Below, piece by piece: positions 12,501 through 23,179 of a DNA stretch of 64,000 nucleotides (its first letter is position 1; every line of letters begins with the position of its first letter). The stretch covers positions 11,718,001 through 11,782,000 of the forward strand of contig OU015569.1 of assembly GCA_907165135.1 (NCBI GenBank). The letters run 5' to 3'. The position numbers and the translations under genes are program-made. Under the pieces are notes generated by a model. It saw nothing but the letters and a program-made list of their open reading frames with translations, did no database searches and was not told the origin of the DNA. This DNA comes from Oikopleura dioica. Taxonomy: Eukaryota; Animalia; Chordata.

Positions 12501-13366
12501 ATTTCTCTTTAAGGAGACACCCCTAGCTTTTGTGATAGAGTAAAAAAATGAATTTAAGGGGTACACCTCACTATTGAGAAAAAGAAACGAAACGTTTAAA
12601 CCTTCTTCTTGTCAAATAAAATAAGGGTGTCACAAGGTTAAATTTCGCGAAAAGAACGGATTGGAAGGCAACAGTTCGTGGGACGTGATAACTGTCCCAC
12701 AGCATCTGTATGGCTCTGCAATTAAGCCCTCGAGCTTACCTAGCGGATACTCAACTTATCGACGTTTAAAATCTCGAGCAGCTTGGCCAATTTCTATATC
12801 AACCTCTCTCTCTTATCACTGTGATCAGGAGTCTTATGTAAATACAGTCACGTTTCTTTTACTTCTATTCTAGGGTTAAAAACTCGCTTCATTCAAGCAA
12901 AGTTTCGCGGGAAGAGGATCAACATAAACCAGATTTATCCGATTTTGAAAAATAAAAATAAGTTAGGTAAATTTTTCTCATGGAAAAAAAGACATTGGTT
13001 AAAAAATTGACATCCTTATTGGATGATATTATGTCTACAGATGTCTTAAAATGTCTGTAGATGTCCGTAGATGTCTTTAGATGTCTTAAATGTCTATAGA
13101 TGTCTACAGATGTCAACAGATGTCTAGAGATGTCTTGAGATGTCTAAAGATGTCTTAAAATGTCTAAAAATGTCTATAAATGTCTACGGGTGTCTACAGA
13201 AGCCCTAACCCTAACCTTAACCCTTTTCTCTAACTTTTCCAATTTATTCTTTTTTTCGTCCGATTTCCTTGATTTCGTCCTTGACCTCCAAAAGCCCGTC
13301 AATTTCGTCCTCCAAGCGAGTTCTGTGGAGTCTTCCCTCCGCGAACAACAATTTGAACGCCACTAA
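9590..13366 (-). CDS. CREC-family (calumenin/reticulocalbin-like) EF-hand protein ending HDEL; 5' end uncertain
   Basis: EF-hand exons DSNQNQTIEYEE, ADEDKDLQLSELEF, DLDSNHDGMINFEEY, DKTKNGLLEG, DLNDDKVISKNEF; C-terminus FTDHGRIHHDEL*. Confidence 0.88.
9689..9782. mobile_element. CTGGGCTCGG-family MITE inserted in an EF-hand codon run
   Basis: Arms CTGGGCTCAGCAACCTGTG / CACAGGCTGCTGAGCCCAT, TSD ACCTTGTC / CCCTCGTC (2 mismatches). Confidence 0.85.
10260..10675. mobile_element. Long foldback MITE (GTGACACCCTTA-end family) with about 170-bp arms
   Basis: AAAGTGACACCCTTAATTTTAACCAATGAAAT...GGTGCGATTCTAGAGCC is inverted to GGCTCTAGAATCGCACC...ATTTCATTGGTTAGAATTAAGGGTATCACTTT. Confidence 0.85.
11320..11490. 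repeat. 10-bp (GATGTCTANA)n array, copy 1 of 3
   Basis: Read directly; begins ATATTGAGATATAATG like the copy at 12226. Confidence 0.9.
12226..12445. repeat. 10-bp (GATGTCTANA)n array, copy 2, between about 83-bp direct repeats
   Basis: Direct repeats at 12140-12222 and 12461-12545 flank the array. Confidence 0.9.
13022..13200. repeat. 10-bp (GATGTCTANA)n array, copy 3
   Basis: Read directly; same opening unit order ATGTCTACAG ATGTCTTAAA ATGTCTGTAG. Confidence 0.9.
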
Positions 13367-13511
13367 TCTCGCGACTTTAGAGCGGGTTTTGAGTCTTTTA
13401 GGGCGGCTATATCAATTAGAATTAGCTGCATCGAGTTTCAACCGTGGTACTAGTAATTGACCTTTTTCGCTTTAAAAAAATTCTAGGGCGCGTTTTAGCA
13501 CGTGACAAGAA

Positions 13512-13696
13512 CTAGGAAACCTGTGTAGAAAGCCAGGGTTAGAGTCTGAAAGATCTATAATGAAAAGCCGCGTAGCGGCTTTTTTGTAAACGAAGCCGCA
13601 AAGCGGCTTCGCCAAAATCGAAAAAAATCGAACCCTCACCCTGTTAGGGTTAGGTTTACCCAGACTAAGGTTTTCTGCACATGTTGCAGAGTCCAG
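13512..13696. mobile_element. CTGGGCTCGG-family MITE, left end eroded
   Basis: TSD GACAAGAA / GACGAGAA and the AAAAGCCGCGTAGCGGC core. Confidence 0.75.
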
Positions 13697-14531
13697 GACG
13701 AGAATATGTCGTATAAAAAAGGTACAGTAATTAGAAGCAATTTGGATGCTCTGAATCGGAAAACCATCGGATGAATACGCAGCTAAGCCGCAATTTTGGC
13801 ATCTTTATATAAGCAGATTCTTTTATCACGTATCTGCATTTTCGGTTCTTTTTTGACACGCTTCGCTGAGTACTATGATAGCCCCCGCGATTGAGTTCAA
13901 TAAAACCCTCCCTTTCATCCTTCTTTAATATTTTTCTCTTTCTTCTCTTTTTCAACCCTTTTTTTCGCGCTGAAATATTCGCAAGGACACGTCAGCTGAT
14001 CCGAAAGTGAAACTCCCAAAAGTGTGTAAACAAAAACATACAGTCATTTTCTATCTAAAAGAGCCCTGCCTTTATTTGAAAGATTTAGCTTAGTGACACC
14101 CTTATTATTGAAAAAAAACGTGGAAAAATGCGGGAAGACGCTAGTTGATGATCATTTTTGACAAATTTCAAATTGAAGCTGCCGATTTTTAATTGCTAGA
14201 GCTGCGAAATTGACGGAAACTGACACTTTTTTCGCACTTGAAAGCTTTGAGGGTCGACTTTTTATTTGTACAAATGAGTGGAAACATACATAATAGCAAG
14301 GTTGAGGAGAGCTTTGGACAGTTGAAAAGGTACATAGTTAGGTTTATGAAAATAGGCGTTTTAGATTAAAAGCAGCATTAGCAGGGATGATAAAAGGGTT
14401 GATATCGTCATGCCAAGGGAGGAGGAAGATTCTTCCGCTTTCGTCTGCGTTTTTGGTTTTTCTAAAAAATATATTAAAAATTGGCCTTTTGAGGCGAAAA
14501 AATAGAACTTTCTCATATCATTATGACACCC

Positions 14532-17528
14532 TTAATTTAATAAAGCGAAAATAAGGGTGTCACTCTTCTGAAAAAAGAAAAGAAACTCACTTTTAAAATT
14601 GACTTTTTTGATAATTTCTTCCTCTTCTTCGACGAGTTCCTCAATTTCTTCTTCTTCCGCGCCAAGATACTTGACAAACGAGTCAAATGGTTCTTCTTCC
14701 TTCTTTACGCCCCAATCAGCGGGCAAGTCCACCGCTTCTGCTTTCTTGTAAGTCGTTGTGGTCGTCGTCGTGGTTGTTGTCGAGCTGATTCGAACGTTGG
14801 CGCCTTTCAATTTGATTTCGCCCGGGACGGGGTTCGCTTCCGTAGCTGCTTGTTCTGTAGCTGCTTGTTCTGTAGCTTCGACGATCGTTTCTGGAGTTGC
14901 TGGCTGCGTCGGAGCGTTGAGAATGACGACTGGCGGGGGCGTCCAAGCTGGTGCATTCTCTTGCACCTCTTCGATTTCCTCTTCTTCTTTTTGCTCCTCC
15001 GGTTTCCAGTACGTTCCGTAGCGCGGGTCGTTGATTGCCTTGGCATTGGCCAGCCAGCCCGAGGGCTTCGGTGTCGGCTTCTGGGACATGTCCGGTTCCG
15101 GGCTGCAATCGCGGAAAGCAATGCTTTTGATGATGATGTCCGATTCGGCGTCGAGCACCATTTTGAGCACCAAATTCACGGCGAGTGGTTTGAATGGGCC
15201 CAGTTCCACCACTGTCGATTCCTCCCCACTCGAGCTGCCGGGAACGCAGATTTTTCTCTCTTCGTCTTTGTAGGGAAAAGTTGGGTCTTCGGATTCGCAC
15301 TCTTCGGTCGAGTAGATCTCGGCGATTTTTTCACCTGCGTGCCATTTTTCTGTGATCTTGAACCAGTTGTTGAAAATCGTTAATTTCGTGCTTTTGATTG
15401 TTTCGAAAAAGAAGAATTATTATCTGATCGACCAATCAGATGCTTGATTGAAGAAATTCATTATTCAAAGCCCCTGTTGTAGCTTTTCTACTTTTCGAAA
15501 CGTTCCTTGAGCTGAGGATACTGAGATCCAAGTTCATGCAGTATTTGCGGTTCCAGCCATTCTTGACATTCGTGAACTTGGGACTCAAAATTTGAGAACT
15601 AAAGATTGGTTACGCACGACGAGACTTTCTATCGGGTTTTATCTACTACTCGCTTATTTTAATTGGGGATTCTTTTCAGCCTTCTTAATAGAAGCGCAGG
15701 GATCAGATCAGAAATAATAAACCGGGAATGTCTGAATGAAACAATAATGATCTGAAAGGGCTTCCGTAATGGAACTGTAGAAGTGCTTGTAACCATGCCT
15801 GTCTCGAGGTGATCCTTCGTTGTCTGGTTCGATATGTACAGCGAGTTCCTGTTTTTAGCTCAGAATCGAATGCATAACTATTTTATTTTTTTTCTACAGA
15901 GGGTTACTTTGATAACGAATCTTTCCATCAAAAAGCTGATTGGTCGATTTTACCCTGACTCGGATCTGGATCCGAACGCAGGCTCCAACCAATCAGGTTC
16001 AGGAATGAGAAGATTCGTTATCGAAAGAACCCTCAGTAGGATATTTTTTTAAGAGTGATTTCTGAGCTGTCCTGTGCGTTCCATTCAAGCCCCTTGCCGT
16101 GGAAGTGGGAGCGCGCGCGGCCACCTTTCACCGCGATTTAGAACGAAATCGGACAACTTGTGAAATTTTAAATTTCGCGATTATGTTAAATAGAACCGCG
16201 CCTAATTAATTTTTCCTTTTCTATTTTGAGCCATTTCGGTCAAAATTTAAAATTTATGAAAATTCAAATTTCAAAACTCTCGAAAAAAATTTTTAGAAAT
16301 CAATTTTTTTTTCAAATTTTAAATTTAAATTCAAGTTTTTTCTTGATTCCGATCGTTTTTTTCAACCACGTGCCTGTAGCGTGAACAGCATCTTTGAAGG
16401 TCCAAGAGCCTTTTTTCGGGTTCTAGTGCTATTCTTTCGAAAAAGAAAAAAAAGTGAATGCGCCACTCAAATCAAATTGAGGACGCCGCCGATTTTGGAA
16501 GCGTCAATGCAAATGAAATTGCTCCCTAAGCGATTGAGGACCTAGCAAAGAGCTTTGAAACGTTTTAAGCTTTTAAAAAACGTGAAATCGCGTGACTCGT
16601 AATTAATCAACGACCAAGCATATTAACACAGCGATACCCTTATTACTTTTAACTTACAACTTTTCTTTTTAATTAAAAAAATACGAGAGATAGACCTTAT
16701 TTTCTTAGGCGAAAAGAAAGCTTAAACTTTTTTCGAAGGATTATCAAATTGAATGATTACCTTGATATTAAGGGGGTAGCCTTCACTAATTGGAGAATTT
16801 GGAATAAGGGAAAATGTCTTTTACTATCTTTACGCTTGATAATATTAAGGGAGTCATCATGAATTAAGATTTTTTCTCAAGCTTTGTCTTTCAAAATTTT
16901 ACATAGAGAAGTGACACCCTTATTTAATTTTAAAAGAAGAAAGCTAATTTTTTTTATCAAATTTTTCAGAAATCCGGTCATTAATATTACTACGTAAATC
17001 CCGCGAAAGTCAAAATAAAAATCCAATTTAGAATTGGAAATTCACAAATAATGATGTCTACTCCCTTAAAAAATAAAGTTTTATTTCAAGATTTTTGGAG
17101 ATTTTGGATAAAAAAAGGTGTTAAAACTTTGTGTTATATTTTGTGTTATCTCTGTGAGAAAGTAAAAAAATCATAAAGCTTTGTGTTCATCAAAAAAATC
17201 TAAAGCGATTTTGATATTTTGATTTCTAGCTTTGAACCCGTTGCCTAGCGCAGTCTGAACCGTAAAATCGGAAGTGATTAGATCGTCGAAGACTCCGTTC
17301 TGCTCAAAGGGAGTCGATTGCGTCGTTCTGGCTCTCTTGGTCACTTTCGGATTGAACTTGTTGAAGCTTTCTCTTTGACTGTTGAGCACGTCCTGGTAGT
17401 TGCCGCTGATTTCTGATTTCTGGCTGAAAAAATGAAGAAAAAAAATCACAAAATTTGAAAATTGAAAAAGTCGAAAAGATCGAGCCAGTTTCTTTGAGAA
17501 AGCACAAAACGGGCAGCAACTTCTTCAT
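14532..17528 (-). CDS. Secreted protein of unknown function with a Glu/Thr/Ala-rich stalk (multi-exon, boundaries approximate)
   Basis: Signal-like MKKLLPVLCFL at 17528; coding-like exons at about 17200-17420 and 15480-15600; long open exon 14532-15390 with EQAAT repeats and a poly-Thr run. Confidence 0.45.
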
Positions 17529-17862
17529 CGTGAAAGAGATCAAAAAAATCGGTCGAATAAAAAAGTGTCACTTTTGGAAAGAAAGAAAGAAAGCTTAAGA
17601 TTCTTGGCAAAAATGTTATCGGTCGGCGCCGATGACCGAGCACGAGCGCCCCGTCGAGAGTTCACCAAAGCGCCACCACCAAAAATTCGGAGCTCCTCCT
17701 CCGCCGCCGCGCCGAGCGCTTAATTTTCTACGCGCGCTCCACCAATTTCCCCTTTTCAGCGATTTTATCGGACTTAAATTTATGTATTCCCTCAGCGAGA
17801 AAAAATATGCTCGGAAGCGATTATTGCTGCAGTTTCACTTTTCCTGTACTTTTTTGAGGAAA

Positions 17863-18480
17863 GATCCATTTTTAAGGTTTAACAGAGCGACACCCTTATT
17901 TTACTTAATCAAAAAAGAAAAGACAAAGAAATAAAGAGCAACAAATCGAGAAGCCGCTTGCGGCTTCGAGCCAAAATACGAAAGCCGCGGAAAGCGCGGT
18001 TGCAATATTCGTTTCTGAATTCTAACATAGTGACACCCTTATTATCGAAGAAAACGCAAACAGAAATATACAGCCAATAGACAATATTGACAAATCAATA
18101 AGCCGCTTGCGTCTTCGAGAAATCAATCTTTTAGCCGCGCTCCGCGCGGCTTTCGATTTTTTAGCTAAGATCTATTTTTAAAGTTTAACAGAGCGACACC
18201 CTTATATTACTTCATCAAAAAAGAATACCAAAAGAGAAAGAGCAACAAATCGAGAAGCCGCTTGCGGCTTCGAGCTAACAAAACGAAAGCCGCGCGAAGC
18301 GCGGTTAAAATATTGTTTTCTTAATTTTAACATAGTGACCCCCTTATTTTGTTACGACAGGAAAGGTTGAAGACACAAAGGCTTATCGACAGAATTTCAA
18401 GTCGAGAAGCCGCTTGCGGCTTCGAGAAATCAATACTTTAGCCGCGCTCCGCGCGGCTTTTGATTTTTAAGCTCGAAGCC
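17863..18480. repeat. Tandem duplication of an about 305-bp unit with GAGAAGCCGCTTGCGGCTTCG palindromes
   Basis: AGATC(C/T)ATTTTTAA(G/A)GTTTAACAGAGCGACACCCTTAT...GAGCAACAAATCGAGAAGCCGCTTGCGGCTTCGAGC recurs at about 17863 and 18168. Confidence 0.8.
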
Positions 18481-18878
18481 GCAAGCGACTTCTCGATTTA
18501 TCGATAAACCTAACCCTAACCCTTTGTTTCTTCAGCCTTTCTTGTGGAAATAGAATAAGGGTGTCACTATGTTAAACTTGGAAGAAAGGTCTTATTACAA
18601 ACTGGCAATAGCAACGACTTTATCCTCAATTTTGAAATTCTAGGGCTCTTATCAAAAAAAAGAAATGTTCAATTGAGAAGACGAAAAATTTGATAAGAGA
18701 GCGTTTTTTCACGTTCGAAATTTGAAGAAGGGTTGAAAAAGAATTTTGATCGAAGCAAGATTTGGAAATGAAATGACGCGACATTGAATTGTTGACTAAC
18801 AAAATCGAAAGAAAGGAACCAGACAAACAAAATTCAAGGCTTGAAAAAAAAGAGAAGACGACTTTTTGGGGAATTTCA

Positions 18879-21687
18879 ATGCGGAAGATTTTGATTTTCT
18901 CGACTTTTTTAAGTTTAATCCTTCAAGCAGTTGCAGTTACAAGTATGTCAATTAATTTTAACGGAAAAAAATAATCTTATTTTTAATTTTTAGGCGAAGA
19001 TATTTTACGAGGCAGAGTTTTACACACGAAGTTCGAATTCTAGCCTCGAAAACCTGTGTATAAATCCTGAGTCAGGGTTCTAAAAGGGGCCTGTAGCCAG
19101 CTCTTTCAGGACCCTGACTCAGGATTTATACACCTGGGCTCGGCAGCCTATTTAGAAAACCTGAGTGAGGGTATTTAAGTTTTAAAATGAAAAGCCGCGT
19201 AGCGGCTATTAAAAAACGAAGCCGCAAAGCGGCTTCGCCAGAATACGAATATTAAATTTAAGACTATTTTGCAAAGACGCTCTGCGGCTTCTTTTTTTTA
19301 AAAAGCCGCTACGCGGCTTTTCAGCTTAAAACTTTAATACCCTGACTCAGGTTTTCCACACAGGTTGCCGAGCCCAGTTTTACACAGGCGTTCTATTTTA
19401 GTGAAAAAGCCGTCTAAATCGTCGATCCACGGGGTAATTATTAAGGATCGCTGGTCAAAAACATCCGTTTATACTTAATTCTTGATTCAAAACGCATCAT
19501 TCTTTTCCTTTTTGTATTCTAATTTCTTTGTAAAATGCACGGGGTAAAAACTCGATCGTGAAACTCAATAAGTAAAAGACTTGTGGCGAAATGGCAACGT
19601 TTTGAATGAAAAATCCCGCTTCCGGATTCGTTTTCTTTCACTTCAAAGTAAGTTCGATTAAATCTTTGCAATTTGGATTTTGATTCATCTGACTTGAAGA
19701 CGGCGCCACGATCGTTTTGAGCAGCTCTTGTGCTATCTGTCCACGAGGAGTATTGCAGCTAAAGAGGTAACAATCTCAGATCGTTCTAAATCGGATAGCG
19801 TCTGCTAGACACGCTCTAGCGTCGCCTCTAAAGCGCGGCACATACAAAAGCATCTGAAAAAAGAGCTCATCGTGGCTTTTTTCAGAAAGTTTTTCATTCG
19901 AATCTTTTTCAGCGCCAATTCCGGCCGCGTTCAATCGCTGCAGCTGTTGGATGAGCGAGGAATGACGCTGGTGGCGGAGCACTCGCTGGAGAAAGATTTA
20001 TTCGACACGTTAGGTCGCGGGCGATGCCTTACCCTCGCGCTCGCGGTAGATAAGAGCCTCTTGCATGAGCTATTGCGAAAATAGATTTTTGGCTGAGTTG
20101 AAAAAATTTTCTTAAAATTTTGCTTTTCCCCAAGAAGGACCCATAAAAAGGGTAAAAATTCACATAAATTTCGGCCCTAAGCTCGGCAACCTGTGTAAAA
20201 ACCTGAGTCAGGGTCTGAGCGACGTTTTCATCAATGGTCTTTCGGAACCTGACTAAGGTTTTCTACACAGGTTGCCGAGCTCACCATCTAAGGCTAAGGC
20301 TGGAGTCTTTAGCTAGTTTTCGACTCAAAAGATTTTTCCAACTTTTCGCTCAATTTTCTATTTTCTCGTTTCTTTCGGAAACAATCTAATATTCCTGAAA
20401 AAGCATCATCCCTTCTGAGACAACAACAGGCCCGGTTCAAAAATACGCTTCGAAAATCGCATTTCCGCGCGATAAAAAGTAAAGAATTCCACGTTGCAGC
20501 CAAATAGAGAGAGGCTCTATAATCTCGACTGTCCATTTTTCATAAGCAAAGTGTCGACTTTCCTTATTCAATTATTGTCAGTGCATCAGCACGGCGCATA
20601 CCTCTTGAACCCAGCGCCAGTACCAGCGGATTCCATTTGGACCTCAGATTCGGCACGTTTTCAAGCTCAGCTAAAAAGGCCTAAAAATGGGGTCCCCATT
20701 TTATCGGGCTAATACTTCTGAATGTTTAGCGGGGCTACACCAAAAAATGACCCTTTTCTCAGTTAGGGGTTAGGGTTAGAGGACAGGGGGATGGTGTGTG
20801 GAACCGACAAAAATTCGACAAATTTTGCGTGGGCGGTTACTCTTATGCTGATTGACCGTTTTGCAAAATCCAGGCTTCTGATTGGTTGAAAATTTCCACG
20901 CAAAATTTGTCGATTTTTTATGTCGGTTCCAGACACCTCCCCACAGGGAAAACTTACTAGGGGTCCCAACCCTAACCCTAACCCTGCGTTAGGCTTAAGA
21001 TTAGGGGCTGCCCGACCGATAACCCCTACTACCTTCGTGGAAACAGTTTAAAACAAGAAGATTCTTTCAAGATAGCATAAAAATCCTTTGAATCAAAAAA
21101 TTTGATTTATTTTTCGATTATCTCTGAAATCACTTAAAAACTTCAAAATTATTTTATTTTAAAGAAAGTTCGCATTAGAAAGTCTTTCGGAATTCGTCCA
21201 CGATTCTTCCTTGTCTTTAATGATGCTAGATTATCTAAAATTAAACGCAAGAAAAATAATTTCTTTTTCAAATAAAGCCGACCGGAACAATATAAACGAA
21301 CACTAACTTTATCACATACTTTTTACGTCACGTAATAGAGCGCTAATTACCAAAAAAGCAAAATAAGAAAACGAAATTTCTAAAGAGGCGATTGTGTGAA
21401 TTTGAGTTTGTCTGAATGGCAAATTCTCGGCCAAATCTGTAACGAGCTTAACCATTATTTTGGGCGCGCAAGAAATCAAAATCGCGCTTGAAAACGACTT
21501 CGAAGGCGAAAGCGATAGCTTCAGGATTTTCATCAACGAAAAAGAGCTTGGACGCTTGAATGTGCAATTTCCGCCCTTGACGCTGCGCGAAATTTTTGTC
21601 AAGGGCTTGGACGATTCCGATATTTTGAACATCTTTCACATTACTCAGCAGCCGCCCATTTCGGCGAAACACATCTTTCTTGAGTAA
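18879..21687 (+). CDS. Secreted protein of unknown function (multi-exon, 3' end uncertain)
   Basis: Signal peptide MRKILIFSTFLSLILQAVAVT followed by a GT-AG intron; further coding-like exons at about 19870-20010 and 21460-21685 ending in a GTAAGT donor. Confidence 0.4.
19134..19377. mobile_element. CTGGGCTCGG-family MITE nested in the right arm of another copy (host about 19045-19390)
   Basis: TSD TTATACAC / TTTTACAC; the host arm resumes as AGGCG. Confidence 0.88.
20787..20942. mobile_element. Second (inverted) copy of the 1625-1782 MITE
   Basis: Same TIR and CCAATCAG-containing core in reverse orientation. Confidence 0.8.
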
Positions 21688-22728
21688 GTCACTTGACTGG
21701 GCTGGGCAATATGTTGAGAAAACTTGAGTCAGGGTTGTTGAAGAGCTATAATGAAAAGCCGCGTACCGGCTTCATATGGTAAATTCTGCAAAGCCGCTTC
21801 ACGGCTTTATTTAAAAGCCGCTACGCGGCTTTTCATTATAGCTTCTTGAGGACCCTGACTTAAGTCTAAAGGCTTTCTACACAGGTTCCTGAGTTAAGCT
21901 TTCGGACGGGGAAGCCTAAGGGTTCGACAAGACTAGGGGCTAATAGAAGAGTGATACCCTTAAGTTTTCAATTATTTTTTGAAAATTATTCAGTTCTTTG
22001 AAAGTCAATTTTTCAATTGAAACTTTTAAATCTCCACAAACCACCATGCAATCGAGACTTAGAATTTCTACCTGCTTCCTTTGAAAATCAAATTTACAAA
22101 TTGATCTGGAATTTAGACGTTACTTTGCGAATCTAATTGTAGTTATGCAGTAATCTATCTGATCTAGGGTAGTAGAGTTTGACTTTTAAAATAGCCGCTC
22201 AGATCTTTGATCAAAAATTTTAGATATTTGAAAATTCAGAAAATTTATACTCGAAATTTCTTGAAAGAAATAAAATAGTGACTTAGAAACTGGGATATTC
22301 TTCCCAAACTCGGCGACTGCGGCAAAAACATCATCAATGAAGAAGAAATCGCGATCATCAATTCGAGCCCTGCTCACATGGAAACGGTTTTAGACGAGTT
22401 TAGCGTAACTTTTCTTGTAAAAACACGAATCGTTTCTCGTAAAACCGATTTGTTCGACGCTTTGCCTTCGCGCGCTGAGGTAGAATGTCGCCAGAAGACA
22501 CAAACGGAGTGGATTATTTCCTGAAAGCGCGGCCTGACATTTTTGCGCTTCGTAATCCAAAGGTAGCCACGCGAAAAGCAGGATTGTCAATGGACACGAT
22601 GAACTCCAGCGCCTCTCTCCTTGGATCGTCTCGCTCAGCTCAGGGCTTAGATAATCTAATCTCTCTCCAGACTTGTCTACAGACACTTCGCCGTATAACG
22701 AATCTTTTCATCAAGCGTCATCCATTCG

Positions 22729-22850
22729 CTGATTGGTCGAAATTCAAATTTTTGGGCTCGACCAATGAGCAAAAGGAAACCAGTACACCAACCACTGGTT
22801 TCCTTTCGCTCATTGGTCGAGCCCAAAGAATTTGACTTTCGACCAATCAG
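22729..22850. repeat. Near-perfect about 120-bp palindrome containing four CCAAT/ATTGG boxes
   Basis: CTGATTGGTCGAAATTC...GCTCGACCAATGAGCAAAAGGAAACCAGT, a 9-nt loop, then ACTGGTTTCCTTTCGCTCATTGGTCGAGC...TTTCGACCAATCAG. Confidence 0.85.
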
Positions 22851-23179
22851 AAAACGGATTGGCGTTTGATGAAATTGATAATTCGTTACTTTGCGAGATG
22901 ACTGTAGTACTTGTTCTTGAAATTTTTAGAAGCAATTTTGAATTCGAGCCCTTTTCAGATATAAAGCAACGCGCTAACATAATTCATAAATTCATAAAAC
23001 AGTTTCGATACCATTTACAGTACTTGAAATTTGAAATAACAGCTTCTCATGCATATGCAATTTCTAAAAGCAAAAAGGGCTCCGATCCCAATCAAATTTG
23101 CAAGTTCAAAACACCTTCTTTTCATTCCAAATCGCGCGATTGCGACCGAGCAAACAGAAATTACCAATTTCTAGCGCTG

